Shown: piece by piece, positions 14,050-28,021 of the stretch
Numbering within the stretch: the first letter of the stretch is position 1
Layout of the letters: every line of letters begins with the position of its first letter
Assembly: GCA_044892525.1 (NCBI GenBank)
Contig: CM097888.1
Span: 88,784,001 to 88,848,000, forward strand
Reading direction: 5' to 3'
Length of the DNA: 64,000 nt
DNA from: Schmidtea polychroa
Taxonomy: Eukaryota
Program-made: the position numbers and the translations under genes
The notes under the pieces: generated by a model
What the model was told of the DNA's origin: nothing
Database searches by the model: none
The model's input: only the letters and a program-made list of their open reading frames with translations

Positions 14050-17000
14050 TGAAATTATTCACCCCATAAATGATGAGTGAATCCTTAGAATTAGAAAAGA
14101 CAAAAAAGTTTTCAGAAGTTACCAAATTGTTGAATAATAAGAATCTCGTGCGGCAACATTCTTTTACGAAACGCATCAGGACAATTATTAAAATAAAAGT
14201 TATGTGAAAGAACTCCATAAGTTTTCGAAAGATCTGCTCTTCGTACACATCTAGAACAAAACATGGCGTATCTGTGATTAAAAGACAAGATCCTGAGGTC
14301 ATCGCAGAATTAAAAAATACAAAAACTGACTTTTCGAAATCAAAAATGTATTAATACTTTCATTCTAATTGGAATAACACACTACTGCTTGTTATTTCAA
14401 GAATGGAATTCCATTTAACATGATTTGTACCTCAACATCACTTAATACAAGACCAACTATTGCAATAAGATATGTTAAGAAATTCGAAATTCTATAATTA
14501 ACAATGTGGACACACTTGAAAAAATAAAAAATAAACTTTTTCCGTTAACATTAGATTAATGAACATCCACACAAAATCGGCGATATCGAAATAAGAATGT
14601 TAACTCAAAAAATCATGTTTGGAAAGACAGTTTGGTTAGAATAAATGGATCACTACAAACCGAAAGATGTGTAAAACTTCTCAAATTACAATGGATACAA
14701 TTCTAATTACTACAGATTGTGGCGCAGTCAAGAAGAACATTAAAAGAATTTTGTCATGTGAACAACAGTTGTGTTTTGCGCATGGCATTCATCTTATTGT
14801 GTCAGATGTTCTTTATAAGAACTATGACTTCGGGGACAGATTACCACTCCGGACCCCTGCAGGGTCCTCCGTGGATACTCGTTCTCCTTCAGAGAACCAT
14901 CAGAATGTCACACTCCCAATAGACATGGATGCGTCAGATCAAGAAACAAACATCTGCAAAAACGATGAAACAAATTCTCCAGATACAACAATGGAAACTG
15001 AATACCAACAGACAAGGCAACAGAAAAGAAAAGCTAGAAATATCTTGAGATACGTTTCAAAGAAAACAAACGATGAAGCGATAAATCATGAAGAAAAAAC
15101 TAATCAAAAAAAAATTAACAACAAAAGAGTATTCAAAAAAATCTTTAACTATAACAACAGAATATCAACAAAACCACGAATAGTGTTGACCAAGCCAAAT
15201 CTAGAAAGAGAAACCAGAAAAGAATTCTCAAAAACAGATTTTGCAAATATAAGAAGATTCTTTATGATAACAGTCATATACAATGAATCTTCTCCAGAAA
15301 ACAACTCCAGATTCATCCATCTTACGGAGTCAGTACTAAGAAGCATCACCAGCTCTAAAAGACCTTAATTGGAAGAACTTCGTCGACCAATATAAAGTCC
15401 CAGAACCTTGGCTTAAAAAACTAAAAGATAGGCCAAAACACCCACAATTGAGAAAAGAAGATCAATACCTCATTGACATAATAATAAATACTCTGCGATC
15501 ATATAAATTTGGTTGTCAAAGAGATCAAGCGTACTCAATCGCATTCTTTCAATTTATGATGAATAGAACCATAGTAGGATTAACGAAATGGTTCTCACTC
15601 AGAAAAAGAATAGAGCCATACAGAAGATAAATTACAACGACAACTATCATGGAAACAGATGATAATGACGAAAATCAAGTCATAAGTCAAAACGAGATAA
15701 TAGAGGAACTTGATGCCGTGGAAAATCAAGACCTCCATGAAGCAGATATAGTGGAAGAACCTAGAGAAGAGGAGGAAACTCACAATGAAATAATACCCTC
15801 TATTGATATGGTAACCACTGTCATTGAGAAGCCTACAGATGTCATAAGAGACTCAGAAACTATGGAGCTGTCAAACCCGATAGAACTCCAACTATGGAGG
15901 AACCATCTAGAAGCATGGAAAATAATGAAGCCACAATCTCTATGGTGAACACCGAAAACATAGAAATTGAGGAAACAAGTCAGGCAATAGTAGAGAAACC
16001 CATTGCACCTGTACTCAAAGAAAATATATCAAATAACGAAACAAGAAGGCAATCAAGACAGGATAAAAATATCAGATCCAAGAGCCAGAAGAAAAAAAGA
16101 CAAATAAATTACTCCGATAGCCAAGATACCACAAAGCAAAACAAGAAAATAAGTACCGGTGGAGGACCATCAACGGCAAACATTGCAAAAATTCAACAAA
16201 AACCAAACATGAAAGTCAACTGTGATCTGAGAATTCAGTGTGTATGCAGCAAAAAATACACTTATTCAACAGAAATTAATGCTTCCAAACACTTCCAAAC
16301 ACCATAACTTTTCAAAATCCGCCTGTTGAAAAGCTAATGGTGGAATGTGAACAATGCAACACAACCATCACACTCAAAGAAGCAATAGAACACATAAAAG
16401 TACATAAAGAGCATAGAGCCAGAGAAAGAAGCGAACAGCAGCCCGCCAGCAAGCCAACAAAGAAAGACATTCGTACGGAGATCAGTTGACTATCACAGAC
16501 AGCAATTGAATCAGCAGTTATGCCAACAAGCTATAGGATCTTCATGAAAGTAATAAATCAGAGAGTGCTAAAGTGGGTGCACAAAAATAAATTTATCTCC
16601 GGTTGGCAGAAAGCCGTAAACAGAGCGAATGGTTGCTATATCATCCAAGTTCAAAAAGAGGAATGCAACAGAGCCAGATACAGAAACCAGCAGTGCCACC
16701 TGCTATTCCTCGATCTGGCAGATGCTTTCGGAAGCGTCCCATACGAAGTAATTTAGCACACACTGCAAAAGATGGGAATGAACAAAAACACAATCCATCT
16801 GCTGCAGGAGTGCTATCTATGAAAGCGGAAATACAAAATCCAGCCAAATCAAACAAGCAAAAGGTGTAAAACAGGGATGCCCCCTGTCTATGACTCTGTT
16901 CATTCTGTGTATAGAATACCTCATACAGACAGTGATAGACTGCAACAGAAGGGTAAACATAGCAGGGGGAAACATCAGCATCCTTGCTTATGCCGATGAT

Positions 17001-18950
17001 CTAGTATTAATGGCTCCTCATCATCATCAGATACAAGAGATGCTAGACATCATAGTTGAAAAAGCCAAATTGGCTGGTCTTACATTCAAGCCTGAGAAAT
17101 GCGGCTATTACAGAAATAAAAATGATGACTTGGGATGGCAAAACATCATCACCATAAATGGCCAGAACATCAAACATATCAATGAAGAAAACCTGTACAC
17201 CTACTTAGGAGTACGGGTTGGGCAGAAAAAGAAATGTGATCTGGGCGAAGCGTTTAAAGAGGTCGAGACAAAAGCTTCCAATATATTTAACTCCCTCCTA
17301 AGAGCCCAGCAGAAAATTGAGGCCTATAACACATTCTGCCATTCCAATTTTATCTTTCCACGACAAGCGGAGGAGATATCCAAATCCCACACGGACAAGT
17401 TCGATGAATCAATGAGAAAAATGTTAAAAGACAAAAACGTCTTAAAACTCATGAACAACATGTAACCTCCCCATAGTCAAAATCCTGAGGGAGGAGCTAA
17501 CAGATGTTGCACAAACAAGAACAGATGTGGACATCCAGAACGTCAAAGATGCCTGAAAATGGTTGGATGGAAGTTATGAACATAAAAGACAGAAAGATGC
17601 AAAGAAGTCATGGTTGGACAAGACTAGAGTCAATTAAAGCCTTAAAGACAACCCACGGAATCGAAATAACATTCATACATAAAGGAGACTCCGTGGGATG
17701 CTCAATAAAATGCAGCACAGATAACAAACCAGATTGGATCCTACCTCCAAACTTAGATCAAATATCCAAAACGCTTCATTGGATGATCAAGGAGGCAAAT
17801 TTTAAAATATGGTTGGCTGCAAAATCCCGAGGATATATCATAAACCTTCCAACATCGGACGAAATGGAATGGAAGATGCCCCGGGTCTTAAAAGACCCCG
17901 AATGGAAATTCATCATAAAGGCCCGGGTAAACATACTGGATGTCGGAATGAAGCAGTCAAATCAAGGAGGTAGGATCCTCCAACCAATTGCAGGCATTGT
18001 GATTGCCAACAAGAATCGGCATCACGTCATAAATATGTGCAGAAAAGGAGATAGATCGAGGACAGACAAACACAACGAAGTTCAAAAGGCCCTAGAAGAA
18101 TTATTAAAACCAAAAATGTCAACTTTGAAACAGAAACAATCCCAGCAGAAGCGAAAGAGGCCCTAAAGCCGGATATAGTGGCTCGTACAAATAAACAGAT
18201 ATTCGTAATAGATATCAAGTGCCCTTTCGACAACAAAGACACAATAGAACTAGCAAGAGCAAAGAACATGGACAAGTACAGAAAGCTAGCACAGGACATA
18301 AAGGAGCAGACACGAATACATACTTCGGTGGAAACTTTCATAGTCTGCTCCCTCGGCACATGGATAAAAGACAATAACACAATATTCAGAAAACTTGGCT
18401 TCAAGTACACCGAATACAGAGAAACAAAGGAGAAAATGATAGAAAGAGTCATAAAAGGGTCGCGAAAGACATAAGAACACCACAGAGGTTTCTACACATA
18501 AACACGAAGAGCCAGGACCAGGATAACTGCACCAGCATCCATAAAAAGGTACACTTGATATCCATTACTAGTCATGGAAGAACCCAGAAAATTCAACCAT
18601 GCCTGTGTCTAACACATTAATTGTGTACTTGATTGTTATTTTTAATGAAATATATGTTTGCCTTTATTGCCACGAGATTGATGACTTGAATAATGCTAAT
18701 ATAAATGCTTTTGAAAATTACGGGGATGAAGATAATTGTAAATCCTAATATGGATTTAGAAGCGTTATCAGCCATTGTGATGCAGGCTAAGAATATCGAA
18801 TTATGGAAAAATATGGATTCGCTTCAATTGTTACAAAGTTTAGAAGTTCTTTAGATATTTAAACGTTCGCCATCCAAATATGCTATACAAAAATACGTTG
18901 TTAAGAATCAGAAAACAGAACTCGTTCCGATACAATCCTGTTTCTTATTC
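14050..18950 (+). mobile_element. hAT transposase remnant split by the non-LTR insertion
   Basis: Left part: ITTDCGAV..QQLCFAHGIHLIVSDVLYKN (to about 14822). Right part resumes with an acidic linker and IFKRSPSKYAIQKYVVKNQKTELVP (about 18660-18940), in the same domain order as the hAT at 2123-2692. Confidence 0.65.
14826..18655 (+). mobile_element. Non-LTR retrotransposon with restriction-like endonuclease (NeSL/Utopia/R2-like), degenerate
   Basis: N-terminal zinc-finger-like motifs (about 16230-16410). RT motifs LFLDLADAFGSVP, VKQGCPLSMTLF, LAYADDLVL and YTYLGV. Zinc knuckle CRHCDCQQES..HVINMC. RLE motifs KPDIV..VIDIKCPF..KYRKLA..FIVCSLGTW. Multiple frameshifts, and the early RT region appears deleted. 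Confidence 0.88.
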
Positions 18951-21722
18951 CATCTTTCTGTGAAAGTTCTAACTATAAATATCGGATAAATAAAATTGTT
19001 TACGTTTTTGCATCTTTTCTTTTGTATGGGTATTTTATTTATGTTTTCGTAGAGGTAAGTAAGATTTTTGAGTTCAATATATGTACTTACACCCCTATAC
19101 GCACAGGTATACACACATATATACAGGATTGTTCCGATTCTCGGATATGCTCGAAAGATTTATTCTTTTGAAACAGTATTTAGAAAGCTTTGATTGATAT
19201 TCAGTTTCCTTTATAGAGAATTCGATGTCATTAAAACTGCGTTATCGATTTTCCTTCCTATAAAATTGGCTGTTGAAGCAATCTGTATCCAAGACGCTAA
19301 CCGCAGATGCTGCGCTCTCTTTTTGAAACAATTGAAAAGTAATAACTTCAGTGGACAATTAAAGACGTAATTGGATCTCATAATTGCAAAAAGATGTGAG
19401 CATATTTCTAGTGTATTCCAATATCCTCATAACTGGAATTACAATAAAGCCCACGCTTCATTTAAGTGACAACCTAATGCTGTTATTGTTAACTTTATTG
19501 CAAATGTCTACCATAGAACAAGAGCAGTTGAAGATGTTTACGTTGAAATTGATTCAATCGTGGACGACGAGACTAATAATAAAGAACCGGTTTTAAGCAC
19601 TGAATTCAAGAAGATTGAAAAGAATAGAGGTAATAGAGGTGTCTTAAATATATCAAAGGAACATCCATCTTCATCTACTTTCGTAACAGATGTAAAAATA
19701 TAATGAAATTTGTTTAGGCCAGTGAAACTTGAGGACCGATACTCCAATTGTAAAGGATATTATTAAAGAATACTATTAATGCGACTGCTAACACCGGAAC
19801 TTTGATTTGCTGAATCACCCGTGACACTTATATTCTTTTCCAATAGAATTTTTTTACCAGAAGAATGAAAAGATGTAGATGAGCCAGTATTTGAAAATCT
19901 TGAGAGTCATGCAAATAGTGACACCTGGGATTTTTTCTCCGTTTCATTATTCATTAAAATTAATCTGCCAGATTTCGAGGTAGGTGACAGATGTGAGATG
20001 ATTGGGGAGGTATGTAAAAATGGGGGAAATTCGGTTGTTTAGATTTTGTTTTAACACATCTTTGTGATTTAGGAATTTTAAATATTTTTTTCTCCTTAAA
20101 ATTTATCATTATACTGGAATTTTAAGTCTAAATTTTTGATTTTACCCCTAGGTGCAGGGCCGGCTTAAGGTATGAGCAAATAAGGCACTGGCACAGGGTG
20201 ACAAACAGGAATTTTTTATAAATACAGTCTTACAGAAATTTTTAAGAGATCTAGCGAAGTAGAGCCTGTGCAGAACCAGTGGAGGAGTCACCTTAAAATT
20301 ATTTACTATGGCAACTAACGATGTAAACAATCCAAATAGTTTAATTTCTGATTCTGAATATGACAAGGCTATATCAAATGTATCGAGCCAAAACTTTTCA
20401 AAGGAAATCAAAGATACACCTGATAAGGATTCAATTCACCTAACCCGGAAATGGGCAGCCTATAATCGATTTTTTGGTGAGAATTGATCCTAATCAATTA
20501 TTAGATCATAAGTTTCCCATAACTATCCCAGATGATATTGGAGGTCGAAATAGAATATTTAACATATCCCACTATTATCGTATGCTTCCTATTAGTGAAT
20601 CATACAAATTGGCTTGTGTATTCAAAATCAGAAGATGCCGTGCTTTGTTTCTGTTGTAAATTATTATCAAAAAGGCTAATAGCTCTGAATTATAGCGGAT
20701 TTAGGGAATAGATTTCGAGTCTAAAATCAGAAATAAATTTTATATTATATTATTGCGGATTCCAGCAAAGGCAACATCTGATGGTGTTTGTTTTTGAAAG
20801 CTCACACTTCAGAGACAGAGAATATTTTAACACACCGCTATCTGAAGTTCTGAATCAGTATGTATTTACTATATGAGAAATTGTTAGTCGTGAGATGCTT
20901 CAGAACATGGAATGATATGATGAAACGATTGAATTCAACAATTGATATTATTCACCAAAAACAAATCGATGAAAATCGCCTCTTCTCTATAATAAAACTG
21001 CAAGGTTACCAAAATATTGTATTACGGGGAAAATCAGATGTATTATATAGGAATGACAATGATATGTTTTTAAAAACTGTGGCTAAGTTTGATTTCATAA
21101 TGAAAGAACACATCAGAAGAATTAACAATAAAGAAATTTATCAGTTTTAAATGTGAAAAAACATCCAAATGAAATGATTAAAATAATGAGTAAAACCATG
21201 AAAGAAAAGTCATTAAAAACTGAAATCTAGTAAATATTATTCCATAATTGTTGACTGCACTCCAGACCTTTCGCACACTGAGCAAATGACGATGATTTTA
21301 TGTTTTCTTTCAACTTTGTCAGTCCCAGATAACGTTGAAAAAGATATAGAAATCTGCGAACACTTTTTGGGTTTTGTAGATATTGACAGTAGTATTGGAG
21401 TTAAAAGGACAGACAAAATTCATGAATCTATCATTGTCTGATTTAAGAGGATAAGGGTATGACAATGGATCGAATATACGAGGGAAACCGAGTGGAGTAC
21501 AAACCCGAATTTTAGCATTAAATGCACGAGTGTTTTACGTCACTTGGTCCTGAATTTCAACGAGGCACCTAGATGTTGTGTAGAAGCTGTTACTCTTTCG
21601 ATATTGTACAATTTTATGTGTTTTTAGCATGCAGTAAATAGTTTGTGTGTTGAACAAATAAATATGAACAAGGAGATGAAGTTGAAATGACAGAGAAGCA
21701 AAATTGTAACACAGAAATAAGT

Positions 21723-22030
21723 GACAGTTTTGTTTTCCATCTCTTCCGTTTTGTACTTATTGAGAAATTGTGTTGATTGTCTGCAACTTTTATGTTTTTT
21801 ATTTGTTCACGTTCGGATTCTTCAATACTCTCAATATCTAATTTTGTAAATTTATTCATTTTATACCAATTTTCAATTGGTTGCGCTTCAAATAATGATG
21901 CGGAAGTGGGACTCATAGTAAATATTTACAAGTTGTGTTCATTTGTTGAGGAAAGGTTTTGAATTTCTTTTGATTTGCACCTTTATCAATTGTCATTAAA
22001 TGTTCTTCTGGTGTTTTGTTTTCAATTTTT

Positions 22031-22108
<78 letters not shown>

Positions 22109-22236
22109 TGATGTTATCATATCAGCATATGATATCAAGGCTCGTAAACATTTAATTATTTGATTTTTATCTCTCTTAAAAAGAGATTATTAATAAATTT
22201 ATTATTAAAAAATTAATACTAAAATAAATAAAATAA
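21723..22236 (-). repeat. Partial tandem duplicate of 22800-23260 (5' part of the TFIIF-alpha exon plus preceding intron)
   Basis: Near-identical blocks. They differ by a few substitutions, a 5-bp indel (gttgattgtctgcaac vs gttgatgcaac) and (AAT)n length. Confidence 0.92.
22032..22107. repeat. (AAT)n microsatellite, about 25 units (about 8 units in the paralogous copy at 23103-23127)
   Basis: Direct reading. Confidence 0.98.
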
Positions 22237-22303
22237 TAAAAAAAATAGTAAAAAATTAATATTTTTAAATTTTATTAATTATTATAAATTAAATATTTTT
22301 TAC

Positions 22304-23194
22304 TTATAATTTGTTTTTTTCTTTCATTTTCAATTTTTGATTTGCCGTTTGGTCGAGAACGTTTTACTACCTTTTTGCATTTATTAATATTATTTTTATT
22401 GGAACATTTATTAGCTTCTTCATCTGATAATGATGAGATTGAAATATCTGATTCTTCATCATCACCTTCACCTTCTTTGTCACTGTCATTGTCAATATCA
22501 CAGTCATTTCCATTTCCTTCATCCTTAAAAACATTAGTAACCTTTATTACTGGTTCCTGGTCAACATAGGCAGTTTCATAAATTTTGTCTCTTTCATCAT
22601 AAGACAGAATATCCTCATCACATGAAGAGTCACTCATATAATCAACTTCATCTCCTTGATGGTCATCAACATCACTTTCACATTCATGAGTGTTTCCTTT
22701 TCCATGTCTTGCGCGATTAAATACAGCAATTTTCTTTAAATTTCTAATTTCTTTTCAATTATTTCTGAATCGGAAACATCTTCAATATTATTGTTACATT
22801 CAGTTTTTTTTTCCATCTCTTCCGTTTTGTACTTATTGAGAAATTGTGTTGATGCAACTTTTATGTTTTTTATTTGTTCACGTTCAGATTCTTCAATACT
22901 CTCAATATCTAATTTTGTAAATTTATTCATTTTATACCAATTTTCAATTGGTTGCGCTTCAAATAATGATGCGGAAGTGGGACTCGTAGTAAATATTTAC
23001 AAGTTGTGTTCATTAGTTGAGGAAAGGTTTTGAATTTCTTTTGATTTGCACCTTTATCAATTGTCATTAAATGTTCTGCTGGTGTTTTGTTTTCAATTTT
23101 TGTAATAATAATAATAATAATAATAATGTGATGTTATCATATCAGCATATGATATCAAGGCTCGTAAATATTTAATTATTTGATTTTTATCTCT
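22304..23194 (-). pseudogene. GTF2F1: Transcription factor IIF subunit alpha (RAP74/Tfg1) exon, frameshifted
   Basis: EHLMTIDKGANQKKFK..NTT/IFTTSPTSASLFEAQPIENWY resembles human RAP74 PWLLRVNGKSGRKFKG..ENTSYYIFTQCPDGAFEAFPVHNWY. ESDVDDHQGDEVDYMSDSS resembles EDSDDGDFEGQEVDYMSDGSS. An acidic/basic linker follows. The exon is bounded by an AG acceptor (23195-23196) and a GT donor (22302-22303), and has at least two 1-bp frameshifts. Confidence 0.8.
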
Positions 23195-25619
23195 CTTAAA
23201 AAGAGATTATTAATAAATTTATTATGAAAAAATTAATATTAAAATAAATAAAATTATAAAAATTACATGGCTTTAGAAAATTTACTTTCAGATGGTGATC
23301 AAAATGATATTTCCAAGAAGATACATCAAGAATTTAAATATTTGCTGAACCATTTTCAAGGCACTTATTCCCCCCAAAAAACATCTTGCAATTCATATCT
23401 AGTAACAATTTAACGGCATCTTTGGCAAATCTACCTGGCGTTGAGAATTCTTGTAACTTTACCAGTATCAGTGGCCAGCGCAGAACGAAGTTTTTCAAGA
23501 TTTAAATTAATCATAACTTATCTCCGTTCCACGATGACACAAGATCGGTTGTATGGGTTGGCTAACATTATCAATAGAACATGATATCGCAAAGGATTTA
23601 GATTTGGATGAAATTATTAAAACATTTGCAGCAATTAAGGCCCGAAAAGTTAATATCTGAAAATTTATCTCAGTTTTCACGCATTTATTTTATGTGTCTA
23701 GTTCAATATGTATGAATTATATATTTATAACTTTATTCTATGAGTGATGCATTAAATCATAACAGAAAAAGTTCATCATGCATGATGCATGAATATAATA
23801 CAGTATTATATAATTATATACTTAAATATTGTTTGTTCAAAATATATAATCTATCTGTTCCGTTTGTTTTATTTAGTTTATGCATTGGAAAATGCGATAA
23901 AGTTGATTTTTTTCAAGTCTGAAACAATTTGTTTGGTTTAGACTTTTATGTTGAAAATAAAGTAAATATAAATTATACAACTATTAGTCTATTTTTTCCT
24001 ATAACAATATGTATATATGATGCCTGTATATGTATAATGTACATTGTAAAGTGTATACATATTGGCCCGTGATATATTAATAGTCTATAAATTTATACTG
24101 TATATTCAACTTCAGTTGCTATCTAATTAACTTGTCTTTCCAAATGTGCAAAAACAAATTTTGTGATCCGCACTTTAACATCTCTCATTCTTATGGAAAA
24201 TAATAAACATCATTGTGTATGATTACTTTATTATTGAATTTCTTGTTATTCTATTTTGTTTATTGCTATATCAGCTTTGATTCAAAATTATGCTTAGTGC
24301 ATTTTTTGTCATTTACAATTTTATTTTACAATGTTATTTATGTATTGATACAAGAAATGAACTGGCTAAAAACTGGATCACTTACATCTTAAAAACAACA
24401 GAAATATAATATCAACCGACAAGCAAAAAATTATCAAATTCCCTTAACTTAGTTCACGCTTAAAAAGAACCTCCTAAAAAAACGTTAAAAATGTCAAAAA
24501 TACAATTTTTAATTATATTTGGTCCTTTTGGACTGGGTAAAAAAAGAATGAAAATAAAGAAATGAAAAAGAACCTATGACCCTAATAATAAGAAAAATTA
24601 TCAGACCATAAACAATATCATCCATTTCAGTAATCATGATTTAAAGAAATTTAATTTTGAATTTTCTTTAGGCATTAGTAACTAAAACCATCAGCTATAT
24701 GCATACTATGATCTCATTAATAATTAACGATTAATTGATCTAGTTATAATAAATTTATTGATAAATAATAATTTTCATTTTTTATTGTTTATCAAAACAC
24801 AATAAAGAGCTTGAAGAGATCAGTAAATATATCGATGTTTTTTGATACTCACGAGTTTTCGGCACTGCCCTTTTTCAAGTGAAATTTTAATCAACATGGT
24901 TCTATTATTGAAAAGAAAAATTCAGGTATGAAGTTATGCGAAAAATAAAATATTAATAGTGATATAAAAGCAAAGTTTTAAAACGAATTGTTAAATGTTT
25001 ATATGGGGGAAATTATCATTAATAGAACGTGTAAAAAATAGAAGTAAAAATGTCAGAACTCCAGATAATTAATGAGGAACAAAGGATTTTTCTGAAGTAT
25101 ATTTTATGAAAGAATAAGTTTTTAACAATCATCAATCATTAAAACTTGGTTTAGATTTACTAGAAAAAACAATTTAAAATTTCTTTATTCATAGATTATT
25201 AATTATGAATAACGAAACAAGATTATTCAACAGTGTTTGTCAATTATTCTAAATATTAAGAAATATGGTCAGATACAGATGGATGAATAATTCATCTCGG
25301 ATTTTAATGCATGATATGCTAGCTTTAACGTTATTTATATATTCATAGATTATATAACAAATAATAAAAAAGTAGATGAAATTTTGAAACAGTGGAGAAA
25401 TGAGTAAATTAGTGGAAAAGGAAATCCAAAAGTCATGAAAAATCGCCGAATAGTCAAGGGAAGAGACCAAAAATAGAATAATTACTGAAAAGAAGAGGAA
25501 TTTTACACTTAAGGAACCCACGGAATTGGTCATTGGTGATTGGTCAACGGACGGTTGATTGTTATAGATACTAAGATCGCTATATACTAAATAAACAACA
25601 ATACAATGAAGGTCTTATA

Positions 25620-25880
25620 CAGACCAGCACTATTTCAGCTCGGTTATGCATGCCATTCACAATTCAATCGCAACTGCTAAGCGTTGACAAGTTGTGAATC
25701 CATTGGCACTTATGCAAGATGCAGCTGGAGTCCAGAAAATTGGCACTAAGAAATATCGTGACTTGGTCGGAAAAGTTAGACGTGCTGTAGACTGATATGG
25801 AAGAGCGAATGTACTACTATATCTTCGCGCTATTGCACCAATCGCCGCTAATCGTCCGCATACTAAAATAAGCACCCACA
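25620..25880 (+). mobile_element. Possible Mutator-like (MULE) transposase C-terminal fragment
   Basis: KKYRDLVGKVRRAVD*YGRANVLLYLRAIA resembles the C-terminal KKYRD..LxYLRxIA tail of animal MULE transposases. Short and contains stops. Confidence 0.4.
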
Positions 25881-27763
25881 AAATAAAATTAAAAATATAA
25901 TGTAAAGGCTCGCTAGGATCTTGCACACAGCGGACACTTACCTGAGCTCAAAGGGGTATATAAACAAGAGTAAAAAATACAAAAAACTAACTAACAAGAA
26001 CGAATCTAAACTCGAAAAAGAAAATAAAAGAATCTAAACTCAAAATCTTACGAAAAAACGCGCAGTTTCTATAAAAAAAATCCAATCTACAAAATTAATC
26101 AGCACTACTTTAACTCTATCCAAGAACACAAACAGCGAATAAAAAGGAAAGATAAAACAAAAAGAAAGTAAACCACCAACAAAAGAAAGAGAAAATTACA
26201 TAGCACTAAAAACAACAAATCGTTCGAAAAAGTATTAACTACAAAGAGAAGAAAATAACGAGATCAGAAGTAATATTTCACTTGTATATCAGAATACACA
26301 AATGATTAAATTCTTGTAATTTGTTATACGTGTCATTCGAAGCCAATAAATTTTTTTATATTTTTAGGGTTGGGCTTAGGCTTACTCGGTGCTTGCCTAA
26401 AAATAATTAAGCATATTCAGTTGTAAATAAATAAATAATTACGATTTTTAGAAAATAAACTATAAAATAAGTGTAAAAGTATTTTAAAAAGTATTTTATA
26501 AATAGTATAAATAGTATAGTATAGTGTAAATAGTATTTTAACCTAAATAATAAATATAAAGTATTTTATATCTAATTAAAGTATATCCCAAATTAGTAAA
26601 AATAATTATTAAATTTTTTAGTAATTAGTAGCAGAAATTTCTAGAGAAGTGAATAGACGCAAACTAGTGAGAATTTTGTGTGATATTATTTTCCGAAAAT
26701 AAAGTGAGTTGGTTAGGAGTCACAAATAGATCTTCGGTAACAACATCTCGGAATAGTGGATATAAATTGATAGTTTTATTGGAAAATCAGAAAATAAATT
26801 CGCGAGAAAATTAGATAATGATTTATGTGAACTTGAGAATAAATTTTGTTAGAACAATTATTGTGAAAGATAAACGTTCGAAAGCAATAGATTTAAAGGT
26901 AAATATCGAAATACTTCGTTACTTTAGCTAGAGAAAAGGAAAATTCAAATTTGCTTCAGCAAATACTTTCCATCATATCGAAAGACTGATCGTTCAGTTG
27001 TAACAGTTTTTGCAAGACTTGAATCATTATTATTTTATCGTCATCAATTTTCTAGGGAAACTGAGTAGTCTGGTTCTAAATAAATAGCAGAGGGTAGATA
27101 TTTAGGACGTTGTTACCAATTTCTGGGTAATTTCGGGAACTAATCCGCATTTTCCTTTCATATTTTGAGCACTGTTGAAGATCAATTAAAATCCAACAAT
27201 CGCCCTATTTTAAAAAACTGAGGATGGTTAGTATAACTGATTTATGGTTTTATAGTTAATTTTTATCAATTTGTGTTTTTGATTATAAACTTGTGTATTA
27301 CATCATATTTGTACATTTAAATTAAATAAATATTTTGAATTGAAAAATCGGGTTTGAGTTAATTGATTACGCGTTAAATATTTGGAGTCAGAATTAAAGC
27401 TGTGTAAATCGTATACCCCACATACGATCCTAAAATATTCAATTATTCAACTTGTAAATTAATGTTTTCAGACTTCGAGGGAATAAGATGTATTTTTATA
27501 TTGATGTTTTTATATTTTATATCGAAATTATTTTTAATAATATTTTATATTTTGAATTATTTTATATAAAATTAGATATTTTATTTCAGTGCTTCTCAAA
27601 GTAGTGATCCGCAGATCATTTTTGTAAATTTTATTTTATTTTTAAGCGTTAAAATATTCTGACCGCAAAAAGACATGGGTGCATAAAGCGCAGCTGTTGT
27701 ACACCGGAACCAAGTAACTGCACTTTTGACCATGAAAAAGATATATAGGAAATCAGAAAAACG

Positions 27764-28021
27764 TTGATAAAATTCCCAATATGTGGCAAATTTTTTAAAC
27801 TAACAAACCTAAAGCGGCACAAAACAAAGCATAATCCTGTAATTCTTCATGAAAATCATAATGAAAATGAACAAGATAATGGAAATGAGCAAGATGGAAA
27901 TGTACAAGAAAATGGAAATGGACAAAATGAACAAGATAATGACATTCGCAAATTTATGGTTAATATTATGAACCACGGATTGACAAACTTATTAAAACAA
28001 ATAAGCACATCCGTCACATAA
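27764..28021 (+). pseudogene. Fragment with a degenerate C2H2 zinc finger and an N/E/Q-rich repeat
   Basis: FPICGKFFKLTNLKRHKTKH followed by NENEQDNGNEQDG repeats. Short AT-rich GT-AG intron-like segments lie upstream (about 27500-27590 and 27620-27645). Confidence 0.35.

Larger units (their letters stand above)
20155..23660 (+). mobile_element. hAT (TTF-zinc-finger/ZMYM1-like, Tip100-type) element remnant, interrupted by a host-gene insert
   Basis: Starts CAGGGCCGGC (20155). Motifs WLVYSKSEDAVLCFCCKL, YYSIIVDCTPDLSHTEQMT, GYDNGSN and C-terminal LSIEHDIAKDLDLDEIIKTFAAIKARKVNI*. Right TIR not found. Confidence 0.8.

Noticed and set aside
14826-14920. Possible HDV-like ribozyme at the 5' end of the NeSL-like element (TCCTCCGT motif)
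   Set aside because: Hairpins exist, but no P3 closing a 7-nt L3 followed by P1 and P1.1 could be built.
19260-19760. Partly open plus-strand frame (also 24870-25440 and 63257-63487)
   Set aside because: Multiple stops and no motif I can identify.
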